This document shows, in pieces, positions 1 to 8,879 of a DNA stretch of 64,000 nucleotides. The DNA is taken from contig CAWASP010000021.1 in assembly GCA_963784765.1 (NCBI GenBank), forward strand, positions 7,645-71,644, written 5' to 3'. Position 1 is the first letter of the stretch, and each line of letters begins with the position of its first letter. Under the pieces are notes generated by a model. The model saw nothing but the letters and a program-made list of their open reading frames with translations, was not told the origin of the DNA and made no database searches. This DNA comes from an uncultured Thermoleophilia bacterium (GTDB taxonomy: Bacteria; Actinomycetota; Thermoleophilia; Gaiellales; Gaiellaceae). Both the position numbers and the translations under genes were made by a program.

Positions 1-170
1 CCCGAGGCGACGGCCGCCTGCACGTTGTCGAGCGCGGCGGCCGGCACGGTGAAGTCGATCATCGCCTCGGCGTCGTCGAGACTCTCGACGAGCACGTGGC
101 CGGCGGCTTCGAGCCCGGGAGCGAGGACCGACCCGACCCGGCCGTGCCGGCCGTTCACGAGCACCCTCAT
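1..170 (-). CDS. dapB: 4-hydroxy-tetrahydrodipicolinate reductase, N-terminal fragment (gene runs off the window)
   Basis: ATG at 170-168 overlaps (ATGA) the stop of the upstream M16 peptidase. My translation is MRVLVNGRHGRVGSVLAPGLEAAGHVLVESLDDAEAMIDFTVPAAALDNVQAAVAS. It shows the DapB N-terminal G-x-x-G-R-x-G loop and the DFT motif. M16 peptidase followed by dapB is typical actinobacterial synteny. Confidence 0.6.
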   Translation of the reverse strand, partial: MRVLVNGRHGRVGSVLAPGLEAAGHVLVESLDDAEAMIDFTVPAAALDNVQAAVAS

Positions 171-1456
171 GCGACGCCGGCGAGCGCGGGAGCGATGCGC
201 TCGAGCGCTGCGACGAAGCGCTCCTCGTCAGGCCCGATGCACGCGGCCGAGAGGCGCTCCGGAACGAGGAGCGCGGCCGCGAGCTCGCAGACCGACTCAC
301 GCTCGACCGCGTCGACCTCCGCGAGGATCCGGTCGAGCGAGAGCAGCTCCGAGTCGGTGATCAACGCCTTGCCGAGCCGGTTCATCCGGGTCGACGTCGA
401 CTCCATCGAGAGCAGGATCCTCCCCTTCAGGTTCTCCTTCGCCCGTTCGAGCTCGGCGTCGGAGAGGTTGCCCGCGGCGAGGTCCGCGATCTGCTCCGCG
501 GTGATGCCGAGCGCCTCGCCGAGGTTCTCCGCGCGCGTGCCGAGGTACACGCCGACCTGGCCCGTGTCGGTGTACTGCGACACGAACGAGTACACCGAGT
601 AGGCCATGCCGCGCTTCTCCCGGATCTCCTGGAAGAGGCGCGAGGACGCCGAGCCGCCGAGGATCGCGTCGAGGAGCGACACGGCGAACCGGCGCCGGTC
701 GGACCGCGAGATCCCCGGGGCTCCGAGACAGACGTGGTACTGCTCGGTGTCCTTTCGCTGGAAGCGCAGGCGCGGCGGCGGCGGCTGCATGAGCGGCGGC
801 CGCAGGTTGATGCGCGACGCGGCCCGCCCGCGTCGCCGCTCGAGTGCACGCTCGACGAGCTCGACCACACGCTCGTGCTCGAGGTTCCCCGCCGCGGCGA
901 CGACGATGTTGGCGGGCGTGTACAGCTCCTGGTGGTAGCGGGCGACCGCCTCGGGCGTTATCGACGCAATCACCTGTGCCGTGCCGATCACCGGCCGCCC
1001 GAGCGGGTGATCCCCGAAGATCGCCTCGGCGATCAGGTCGTGGACGAGCTCCTGCGGCGCGTCCTCGTACATCGCGATCTCCTCGAGCACGACCTCACGC
1101 TCGGCGTCGAGGTCGGCGAACGCCGGCGCGAAGACCATGTCGCCCATGACGTCCATTGCGAGCTCGAGGTGGTGGTCGGGGACGCGCGCGAAGACGAGCG
1201 TGTGCTCACGCGAGGTCGCCGCGTTGAGCTCGCCGCCGAGCCCGTCGAAGATCTCTGCGATCTCGAGGGCGCTGTAGCGCTCGGTGCCCTTGAAGAGCAG
1301 ATGCTCGATGAAGTGCGAGGCGCCCGCCTCGGCCACCTCCTCGTCGCGGGAGCCGGCGCCGACCCAGTAGCCGACCGCTGCGGAGCGAACGTGCGTGAGA
1401 CGCTCCGAGATCACGCGCTCGCCCGAGTCGAGCTCGGTCAGCGTCCAGTTCTGCAC
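167..1456 (-). CDS. M16 family zinc metallopeptidase (pitrilysin/PepR-like)
   Basis: These are the last 430 codons of track ORF 167..1840. The HxxEH zinc motif is present (ASHFIEHLLFKG). The first 128 codons of the track ORF are Arg/Cys/Ser-rich junk, so I placed the start at GTG 1456 (VQNWTLTELD...). Confidence 0.85.
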   Translation of the reverse strand: MQNWTLTELDSGERVISERLTHVRSAAVGYWVGAGSRDEEVAEAGASHFIEHLLFKGTERYSALEIAEIFDGLGGELNAATSREHTLVFARVPDHHLELAMDVMGDMVFAPAFADLDAEREVVLEEIAMYEDAPQELVHDLIAEAIFGDHPLGRPVIGTAQVIASITPEAVARYHQELYTPANIVVAAAGNLEHERVVELVERALERRRGRAASRINLRPPLMQPPPPRLRFQRKDTEQYHVCLGAPGISRSDRRRFAVSLLDAILGGSASSRLFQEIREKRGMAYSVYSFVSQYTDTGQVGVYLGTRAENLGEALGITAEQIADLAAGNLSDAELERAKENLKGRILLSMESTSTRMNRLGKALITDSELLSLDRILAEVDAVERESVCELAAALLVPERLSAACIGPDEERFVAALERIAPALAGVA

Positions 1457-1475
1457 GGTCGTAGCGTAGTGGGTG

Positions 1476-1912
1476 CTAGCGCCGGTACACGGCGCCGCTG
1501 CGGGGATCGAGGTAGAGCGACGGGTCGGTGCGCAGCACGGACAGCACCCCGGCGACTGCCAGACCGACCAGCACGCCGCCGAGGAACGCGGTGATCGTCG
1601 GTTGCACCATGAGTGCGATCGTGGCCATGATCGAGACGCCGGCCGTGCTCGGCAGCGTGGCCGACAGCGCCTCGTGCACATGGCCGGCGAAGCGCACGTC
1701 CGGAGGCAGCGGGCGGGGCTCGGGGCGGCGGAGCAGCTTCGCACGCGGATCGCTGAACGCAAGCACGACGAACAGGAACGCGCCCGTTGCGAAGGCGAGC
1801 AGCGCCGGGGTCGAGCCCGTGCCCGAGAGCCGTGCGGCAATCAGCCAGACGGCTCCGAGCGCAACGCGGATCGGAGCGACGAGCAGCGCACGCTCGCGGA
1901 GCGAATGCAGGA
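1476..1912 (-). CDS. small hydrophobic membrane protein, start unresolved
   Basis: Part of track ORF 1476..2111. Several TM-like stretches are present (LLVAPIRVALGAVWLIAARL, ALLAFATGAFLFVVLAF, LGGVLVGLAVAGVLSVL). The portion upstream of 1912 overlaps the GNAT gene. The first canonical in-frame start is GTG 1766, which would cut off two hydrophobic segments. Confidence 0.3.
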
Positions 1913-2455
1913 TCAGCGCGGGTCTCCCGGGAGAAGCGAGTAGAGGAGCGCGTCCTCCCGGCGACCGTGCAGCCAGATCGACTTGCGCTCGCGTCCTTCC
2001 TGCCGGAAGCCGCACCGCTCCGCGAGCCGGCGGGACGCAGCATTGTCGGGATGCGTGCGGAGCTCGATCCGGCCGACGCCCTCCGCGAACAGCCAGTCGC
2101 AGAGCATCCACACGGCGCGCGTCATCAGCCCGCGTCCCCTGCCTTCGGCACCGGCGAGATAGGCGAGCTCGTAGTTGTCGCGATGACGGCGCGAGGCGAT
2201 CACGGCGCCGAGAGGCACGTCGTCGTCATCGTCGGCTGCCGTGACGGCGTAGTCGATGCGGTCGCCGGACGCCCGTCCGTCGGCGACCTGGCGGAGGAGC
2301 GAGTCGAAGTCGCGCTCCGAGGGACGCGCCGGCATGTTCAGCCAGCGGACGACGAGCGGGTCGGACATCGTCGCGAGCACCGCGCGTCGATCGTCCTCAC
2401 GCAACTCGCGAAGGATCACGACACCGTCCGTGAGCGTCGGCGGCGGCCTCAGCAC
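1913..2455 (-). CDS. GNAT family N-acetyltransferase (RimJ/RimL-like)
   Basis: 180-aa ORF with a GTG start. Acetyl-CoA binding region AEGRGRGLMTRAV and C-terminal RRLAERCGFRQEG...LYSLL are typical of RimJ/RimL-type GNATs. Confidence 0.85.
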   Translation of the reverse strand: MLRPPPTLTDGVVILRELREDDRRAVLATMSDPLVVRWLNMPARPSERDFDSLLRQVADGRASGDRIDYAVTAADDDDDVPLGAVIASRRHRDNYELAYLAGAEGRGRGLMTRAVWMLCDWLFAEGVGRIELRTHPDNAASRRLAERCGFRQEGRERKSIWLHGRREDALLYSLLPGDPR

Positions 2456-2494
2456 GCCGCCGACGCTACACGGGCGCCACCCGCGATACGGCGG

Positions 2495-4990
2495 CTACTC
2501 GCTGCGCGACTCTTCGCGCTCGCGCCGGGGGCCGCGGCCGCCGCGGCCGCCGCGGCGGTCGCCGCCACGCGGGCGCTCCTCGCGAGGCTCTCGCGGCGGA
2601 GCGGACTTCGCCCGCTCGACGAGCTCCTCCGGCGAGACGAAGCCGCCGTTCTCGTGCTTCTGGACGAGCTTGAGCCCGATCCGCCCGCGCGCCTTGTCGA
2701 CCTCCTGGACGAGCACGTCGAGCACGTCGCCGCGCTGGATCACGTCCTCGATGTGGTTCACGCGGCCGGGGCCGACGTTCGACACGTGCAGCAGGCCGTC
2801 CGTTCCCTTCTTCAGCTCCACGAAGGCGCCGAAGTCGGTCGTCTTGACGACGCGGCCCGTGTACTCGTCGCCCACCTCGGGCTCCTTGGTGAGCGCCTGG
2901 ATCGCGGAGATCGCGGCGTCGCCCTTCGTGCCCTCGGTGGCGTAGACGAGGATCGTCCCGTCCTCCTCGATGTCGATCTGCACGTCGTGATCCGACTCGA
3001 GCGCACGGATCGTCTCGCCGCCCTTGCCGATCACCATGCCGATGTACTCGGGGTTGATCTGGATCGTCGAGATACGCGGTGCGTGGGCGGCGAGCGCCTC
3101 GCGCGGCTCCGGGATCGCCTCGAGCATCTTCCGGAGGATCGCCGCCCGGGCCTCCTTCGCCTGCGCGAGCGCCTGCTCCATGATCTCGCGGCTGACGCCG
3201 GTGATCTTGATGTCCATCTGGAGCGCGGTGATGCCGTCCGGTGTGCCGGCGACCTTGAAGTCCATGTCGCCCAGGTGATCCTCGGCGCCCTGGATGTCGG
3301 TGAGGATGACGTAGTCGTCGCCCTCCTTGACGAGGCCCATCGCGATGCCGGAGACCGGCTCCTTGATCGGCACGCCCGCATCCATCAGCGCGAGCGTCGA
3401 GCCGCACACCGACCCCATCGACGACGATCCGTTCGACTCGAGCGTCTCGGAGACGAGGCGGATCGTGTACGGGAACTCCTCCGCCGGCGGGATGACCGCC
3501 TCGAGCGCCCGCTGCGCGAGCGCGCCGTGGCCGATGTCGCGCCGCTTCGGCGACCCCATGCGGCCGGTCTCGCCGACCGAGTAGGGCGGGAAGTTGTAGT
3601 GGTGCATGTACCGCCGCTCCTGCTCGAGCGACAGGTCGTCGATCCGCTGGCCCTCCTTGGCGGTGCCCAGCGTCAGCAGCGTCATGATCTGCGTCTGCCC
3701 GCGGGTGAAGAGACCCGAGCCGTGGGTGCGGGGCATCACGGACACCTCGACCGAGATCGGGCGGATCTCCGTCTCGGAGCGCCCGTCCGGGCGCCGCTTC
3801 TCGACCGCGATCTTCTGACGGACGAGCCCCTTGTAGATCGACTCGCATGCCTTGCGGACGTAGCTCCGCGTCAGCGCGTCCTTCTCGCCCTCGACCTCGC
3901 CGGTCGGAAACGGGAGCTCCACGGTCTCGACGATCCGGTCGTAGAGCAGGTTGCGCTTGGCGGACTTCAGCTCCTTGGAGTCCTGCTCGGCCTCGGTCAG
4001 GGCCCGCAGGTCGCCCTCGAACTGCTCGCGCACCGCACTCTCGACGCTGACCGTCCGCTGCTTCTCGAGGATCTGCGCGAGCGACATGCGCGCCTGCAGC
4101 TCGCGGAGCACATCGCCCTCGTTCGAGCTCATGCTCGGCGTGCCGGCCTCGAGCGTCACCAAGTCGTCGACGAGCGCTGCGCCCGCCCCGAGCCCGTGCT
4201 CCTGGATCCGGGTCCAGATCGAGTGGCCGTGCTTCGACTCGAGCTCCTCGGTGACGGCGGGATCGAGCCACTTCGGCTTGCCGGCCCTCGAGCGGAGCTC
4301 CTCCTGCGCCTCGCAGAGCTTGACGATCTCGCCGTGCGCGACGGCCAGCGCTTCGAGAATGGTGACCTCGGGGACGCGGTTCGCCCCCGCCTCGACCATC
4401 GTCAGCCCCTCCTTCGTGCCGACGACGATCAGGTCGAGGTCGGAGCTGTGCTCGGTCTCCTCGAGCGTCGGGTTGACGACGAGCTGGCCGTCGATCAGCC
4501 CCATCCGCACGGCCCCGATCGGCCCGGCGAAGGGCAGCGGCGAGATCGTGAGGGCCGCCGAGATCGCGTTGATCGCGAGGATGTCGTGCGGGATGACGAG
4601 GTCGGCCGAGAACACGGTCGCCACGCACTGGGTCTCGTTGCGATAGCCCTTGGGCCAGAGCGGCCGCACCGGCCGGTCGATCATGCGGGCCGTCAGGATC
4701 GCCCGCTCGGTCGGGCGCCCTTCGCGCTTGAAGAAGCCGCCCGGAATCTTGCCGGCGGCGTACATCCGCTCCTCGACGTCGACCGTCAGCGGGAAGAAGT
4801 CCGCGCCCTCGCGGCCCTCCGTCCGGCCCTGGGCCGTGCCGAGCACGACGGTCTGACCGCTCGAGACGACGACGGCGCCGTCTGCCTGCTTGGCCAGCTT
4901 GCCCGTCTCGAACGTGATGTTCTGTCCGCCGACGTCGACGGACACGGAAACCGGCACCCCGGCGGGGTGCTCAGCTTCGACGATACTCAT
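2495..4990 (-). CDS. pnp: polyribonucleotide nucleotidyltransferase (PNPase) with RGG-rich C-terminal tail
   Basis: 831-aa ORF with an ATG start. It has two RNase PH-like halves, then KH and S1 regions (GKGGETIRAL...; GRVVKTTDFGAFVEL). It lies directly downstream of rpsO. Confidence 0.97.
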   Translation of the reverse strand: MSIVEAEHPAGVPVSVSVDVGGQNITFETGKLAKQADGAVVVSSGQTVVLGTAQGRTEGREGADFFPLTVDVEERMYAAGKIPGGFFKREGRPTERAILTARMIDRPVRPLWPKGYRNETQCVATVFSADLVIPHDILAINAISAALTISPLPFAGPIGAVRMGLIDGQLVVNPTLEETEHSSDLDLIVVGTKEGLTMVEAGANRVPEVTILEALAVAHGEIVKLCEAQEELRSRAGKPKWLDPAVTEELESKHGHSIWTRIQEHGLGAGAALVDDLVTLEAGTPSMSSNEGDVLRELQARMSLAQILEKQRTVSVESAVREQFEGDLRALTEAEQDSKELKSAKRNLLYDRIVETVELPFPTGEVEGEKDALTRSYVRKACESIYKGLVRQKIAVEKRRPDGRSETEIRPISVEVSVMPRTHGSGLFTRGQTQIMTLLTLGTAKEGQRIDDLSLEQERRYMHHYNFPPYSVGETGRMGSPKRRDIGHGALAQRALEAVIPPAEEFPYTIRLVSETLESNGSSSMGSVCGSTLALMDAGVPIKEPVSGIAMGLVKEGDDYVILTDIQGAEDHLGDMDFKVAGTPDGITALQMDIKITGVSREIMEQALAQAKEARAAILRKMLEAIPEPREALAAHAPRISTIQINPEYIGMVIGKGGETIRALESDHDVQIDIEEDGTILVYATEGTKGDAAISAIQALTKEPEVGDEYTGRVVKTTDFGAFVELKKGTDGLLHVSNVGPGRVNHIEDVIQRGDVLDVLVQEVDKARGRIGLKLVQKHENGGFVSPEELVERAKSAPPREPREERPRGGDRRGGRGGRGPRREREESRSE

Positions 4991-5028
4991 TCTCCCTGTA
5001 CCTCCACTCTGCCTCGGTTCTCTGTGAA

Positions 5029-5091
5029 GGGTGGGAGTTTGAGTCAGCTCCGTGGCCCGCCCCGGACGGGAGCTCGCTCAAACTTCCACCC
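5029..5091 (-). promoter_or_regulatory. long imperfect stem-loop in the rpsO-pnp intergenic region (pnp leader / rpsO terminator candidate)
   Basis: Arms GGGTGGGAGTTTGAGTCAGCTCC (5029-5051) and GGAGCTCGCTCAAACTTCCACCC (5069-5091) pair at about 20 of 23 positions. The element lies between the rpsO stop (5114) and the pnp start (4990). Confidence 0.55.
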
Positions 5092-5113
5092 TCCCTGGCT
5101 TGTCTGACAGGAG

Positions 5114-5383
5114 CTAGCGGCGCAGGCCGAGCTCCTTGATGAGGGCGCGGTAGCCCTCGAGGTCCTTGCGCTGCAGGTAGTTCAGAAAACGGCGGCGCCG
5201 CCCGACGAGCTTCAGGAGCCCGCGGCGCGAATAGTGGTCGTGCTTGTGGGTCCGGAGGTGCTCGGTCAACTCGTTGATGCGCTGCGTCAGCATCGCGATC
5301 TGCACCTCGGTCGAGCCGGTGTCGGTCTCGTGCTTGCCGAACTTCTGAACGTGCTCCAGCTTCTCTTCCTTCGTGAGGGGCAC
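5114..5383 (-). CDS. rpsO: 30S ribosomal protein S15
   Basis: 89 codons from GTG 5383, preceded by GGAGAG. The sequence PLTKEEK...[48 protein letters not shown] is canonical S15. The track ORF start at 5440 adds 19 non-conserved residues. Confidence 0.95.
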   Translation of the reverse strand: MPLTKEEKLEHVQKFGKHETDTGSTEVQIAMLTQRINELTEHLRTHKHDHYSRRGLLKLVGRRRRFLNYLQRKDLEGYRALIKELGLRR

Positions 5384-5482
5384 TGCTCTCCTCTCGTCGA
5401 TTCGCCGCCTGGATCTCAGCCGCCGCGAAGGAAGACGCAAACGGCCGGGGTCAGGTCAGCCAGTAGGGTACCGGATTCCCCG

Positions 5483-6625
5483 ATGAATCCGAGGTTTCAG
5501 GCCGTCTGCGAGGCAGCCGCGCTCGACGTCTCCGTGCCCGCGCTCGCGGCGGGCGGCCTCGACGGCGACCGCGCGTGGCTGGCCCCGGTCGGGTGCGACG
5601 CGGGGACGCGGTTCCGCGTCGCGTCGGTGACGAAGCCGGTGACGGCACTGCTCGCGCTGATGCTGCTCGATCCCGACGCGCGGACCGGGATCTGGCCCGA
5701 CGAGGTCCGGGTCCGCCACCTGCTCTCGCACACGACCGGCTTCGAGAGCGAGCTCGGCGACCTCGCCCGCTTCGGCGAGGGCGAGGAGGCCCTCGCCCGC
5801 CTCGCCGCCGAGCTCCCGTCGGCGAGGCGTCCGGTCGGCCTCGCGGAGGCATGGTCGTACGCGAACACGGGCTACTGGCTGGCGGGCCACCTCGCCGCCC
5901 GGCGGGCGGACGAGCCGTACGAGGACGCTGTCGAGCGGCTCGTTCTGCAGCCTGCAGGGCTGCACGAGACCTCGTTCGCCCCGCCCGACCTCCAGGGGTC
6001 GGGGCCGGGCGCGACCGGCGATCCGTACCCGCGTGCCCGACGGCCCTCGGGCGGCCTCGTCTCAACGGTTCCCGACCTGCTCGCCCTCGGGTCGTTCCTG
6101 CTCTCCTCGCCGCTCGGCGTCGCCATGCGCACACCCGTCGCGGCGACGCCCGGCGGCGTCTACGGCCTCGGTCTGCACGGCGAGCGCGTGAACGGCGTCG
6201 AGGTGTGGGGGCACGGCGGCTCCTGGGGCGGCTTCCAGTCGTCGCTTCTGCTCGTCCCGGAGCGCGATGCCGTCTTCGCCGGGCTGACCTCGAGCGGGCG
6301 CGGCTCCCTGGCGCTCCGCCGGATCGAGGATGCATGGCTGGAGTCGGTCACGGGAGGGCCGCGGCCCGTCGCGCCGAGCGTGACGGTCGCCCCGGCCGCG
6401 CTCGCCGGCTTCGAAGGCGCGTACGCGACGAGCGAACAGCGCTTCGAGGTCGAGGCGCAGGACGGGGGCCTGCACCTGAGCGACGAGACCGGATCGTTCC
6501 GGGCCCGTGCGATCGGCGAGCGGTGCTTCGAGCTCGTCGAGGGCGACGCCGCGGGCTCCCGCTTCGACTTCCCGCTTCCCCGCTTCGGCCGCTTCGGCAG
6601 CCGCCTCGCGGAGCGCGTCGCATGA
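5483..6625 (+). CDS. serine hydrolase, beta-lactamase/transpeptidase-like family
   Basis: ATG 5483 (MNPRFQ...) lies inside track ORF 5234..6625. The SxxK motif (ASVTKP) and YxN motif (SYANTGY) are present. Confidence 0.8.
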   Translation: MNPRFQAVCEAAALDVSVPALAAGGLDGDRAWLAPVGCDAGTRFRVASVTKPVTALLALMLLDPDARTGIWPDEVRVRHLLSHTTGFESELGDLARFGEGEEALARLAAELPSARRPVGLAEAWSYANTGYWLAGHLAARRADEPYEDAVERLVLQPAGLHETSFAPPDLQGSGPGATGDPYPRARRPSGGLVSTVPDLLALGSFLLSSPLGVAMRTPVAATPGGVYGLGLHGERVNGVEVWGHGGSWGGFQSSLLLVPERDAVFAGLTSSGRGSLALRRIEDAWLESVTGGPRPVAPSVTVAPAALAGFEGAYATSEQRFEVEAQDGGLHLSDETGSFRARAIGERCFELVEGDAAGSRFDFPLPRFGRFGSRLAERVA

Positions 6626-8005
6626 GCGTAGGCTCGGCGGCGCGTATGACCGCGCAGCCGGCGGTCGCCGCCGGCCATCCGGCAACGGCGGCGGCCGGCG
6701 CGGAGGTGCTCGCCGACGGGGGCACGGCGGCGGACGCGGTCGTTGCCGCCTCGCTCGCGTCCTGCGTCGCCGAGACCGTCATGACGGGGCTCCTCGGCGG
6801 CGGCCATGCGATCCACCTCGACGCCGCGACCGGCGCGGTGCGCAACCTCGACTGCTTCGTCTCGGTGCCGTCGGGGACCGGTGCGCCGATGGAGGAGCTC
6901 CCGGTTGCCTTCGGCGAGGAGATCGTCCCGTATGCGATCGGAGCGTCGTCCTGCGCCGTGCCCGGGCTGCCCGCCGGGCTCGACGCCCTGTGGAGCGCGC
7001 ACGGAAGCCTGCCCTGGGGACGGCTCGTCGAGCCGGCGCTCCGGATCGCGCGCGAGGGCGTGCCGATGCCGTCCGCGCACGCCGCGTGCCTCGCGATGCT
7101 GGAACCGGTCATGACGCTGCGGGAGGGGGCCGCGGTCTACGCCCCCGGCGGCAGGCTTCTCCAGACGGGGGACGTCCTGCGCCAACCCGGGCTCGTTCAT
7201 GCCCTCGAGTTGCTGCGGGACGAGGGCGCCGCGTCGGTCTACACGGGCACGATCGCACAACGGCTCCTGGCGCTCGTCGCCGATCGCGCCGGAGCGATCG
7301 TCGAGGCCGACCTCGCCGCCTATCGGCCCGTGTGGCGGGGGCCGGTCGTGACGCCGCTGGCCGGCCGCCGGGTCCTCACGCGTGCCGGGCTCTCCGGCGT
7401 CCCGGAGACGCTCGGCCGCCTCGATCCGCGGGGCGGCGCCGACGCGCTCCTCTCCGCGCTCGAGAGCGCCGAGACACCGGATGGGCACACGACGAACGTG
7501 GCGGCGGTCGACGCCGCGGGGAACGCCTGCGTGCTGACGTCGAGCCTGGGTCTCGGCTCGGGGGACTTCCTCCCCGGGCTCGACCTGCACCTGAACAGCA
7601 TGCTCGGCGAAGTCGACCTCCTCCGCGGGCCGCTCCGGCCGGGCGAGCGGATGGGCAGCATGATGGCGCCGAGCATCGTGCTCGGATCGGACGGGCTCGA
7701 GCTCGCGGTCGGTGCGGCCGGGGGGACGAGGCTCCGCACGGCAATCGTCGGCGTCCTCCTCGCAACCCTGCACGAGGGCGAGCCGATCCAGGCGGCGATC
7801 GACCGCCCGCGCTTTCATCCGGCCGGCGACACCCTGCACGCGGAGCCCGGGGTCGACGAGCGCTGGCTGGCCCGTCTCGAAGACAGGCGGGCGGAGGGTT
7901 CGCCGCTGGCCTGCCCTCCACCACTACTTCGGCGGCGTGAGCGGCTGCGGCCCGGTCGGGGCCGGCGCGGACCCGCGCCGGAGCGGCGCCGTCGCGCGCC
8001 CCTGA
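6622..8005 (+). CDS. ggt: gamma-glutamyltransferase family protein, interrupted by an apparent 1-nt frameshift near 7885-7898
   Basis: ATG 6622 overlaps the previous stop (ATGA). GGT-like sequence runs in frame 1 to ...GVDERWLARLEDR. The conserved C-terminus RVRRWPALHHYFGGVSGCGPVGAGADPRRSGAVARP* continues in the +1 frame and stops at 8005, just before the convergent ribF stop at 8010. Confidence 0.7.
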
Positions 8006-8009
8006 CGGT

Positions 8010-8879
8010 TCACGCCGCGGGCCGGACGGCCGAGCGCGTCTCCTCGACATCCTGCGCGATCTGCGCAACGAGCGCCGCCTCGTCGGGAAACGCCCGCTCG
8101 TCGCGGAGGCGGCGCCACAGCTCGACGACGAGCCGGCGACCGTACAGATCTCCCTCGAAGTCGAGCACGAACGCCTCGACCCGGCGCTCGGTGCCGCCGT
8201 AGTGCGGGTTGACGCCGATCGAGACCGCGGCACGGTGGTCGCCGACCGCTCCCGCGTAGATGCCGTGGGCGGGAACGAGCAGGTCGGCCGGCACGGTGAG
8301 GTTTGCCGTCGGGAAGCCGAGCCCGGCGCCGCGCCGGTCGCCGCCGCCGACCACGCCTTCCACCTCGAGCGGCCGCCCGAGCAGTGCGGCTGCCGCCGTC
8401 ACGTCGCCTTCGCGGGCGAGGTCCCGAATCCGCGTCGACGACACGCCTTCCACGAGCGGCACCTCGCGGGCGTCGATCCCGAACCGCCGGAGAAGGTCGA
8501 GGTCGCCGGCCCGGTCGCGACCGAACCGGAAGTCGTGGCCGGCCACGAGGACGCGGGCGCCGATCCCCAGGAGATAGTCCTGCGCGAACGCCTCCGGATC
8601 GAGCGAAGCGAGCCCGCGCGTGAACTCGACCACGAGCACGTCGTCGACGCCCGCGTCGGCCAGCAGCTCGAGCCGGCGCTCGAGCGTCGCGAGCAGCTCC
8701 ACGCCGCTGCCGAGCACCGCGCGGGGATGTGGATCGAAGGTCACGACGGTCGGGCGGAGCCCGGCGCCCGCCGCCGCCCCGATCACGGCGCGATGGCCGA
8801 GGTGCACGCCGTCGAACGTCCCGATCGCCACGGCCCGGGGCACGCGTTCGAGCTCGGCGGGGTCACGCGCGACCGTCAT
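8010..8879 (-). CDS. ribF: bifunctional riboflavin kinase / FMN adenylyltransferase
   Basis: 289-aa ORF. The motifs AIGTFDGVHLGHRAVI and FPTANL are present. The truB-ribF linkage is as expected. Confidence 0.95.
   Translation of the reverse strand: MTVARDPAELERVPRAVAIGTFDGVHLGHRAVIGAAAGAGLRPTVVTFDPHPRAVLGSGVELLATLERRLELLADAGVDDVLVVEFTRGLASLDPEAFAQDYLLGIGARVLVAGHDFRFGRDRAGDLDLLRRFGIDAREVPLVEGVSSTRIRDLAREGDVTAAAALLGRPLEVEGVVGGGDRRGAGLGFPTANLTVPADLLVPAHGIYAGAVGDHRAAVSIGVNPHYGGTERRVEAFVLDFEGDLYGRRLVVELWRRLRDERAFPDEAALVAQIAQDVEETRSAVRPAA

Noticed and set aside
1787-5107. Very long ORFs on the strand or frame opposite to real genes. Examples are 1787..5107 (+, 1106 aa), 2466..4628 (-), 20013..23489 (+, 1158 aa), 20023..22179 (-), 45568..48504 (-, 978 aa), 58722..60971 (+) and 47793..49508 (-).
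   Set aside because: Their translations are Arg/Ala/Pro/Gly-rich low-complexity strings with no motifs. They fully overlap ORFs that carry unmistakable conserved motifs (pnp, carB, xdhD-like and others). Long stop-free alternative frames are expected at this GC content.
7900-8202. Continuation of the GGT reading frame to 8202 (track ORF 5575..8202).
   Set aside because: Beyond about 7900 the translation becomes Arg/Ser-rich and is antisense to ribF. The conserved GGT C-terminus lies in the +1 frame and ends at 8005.
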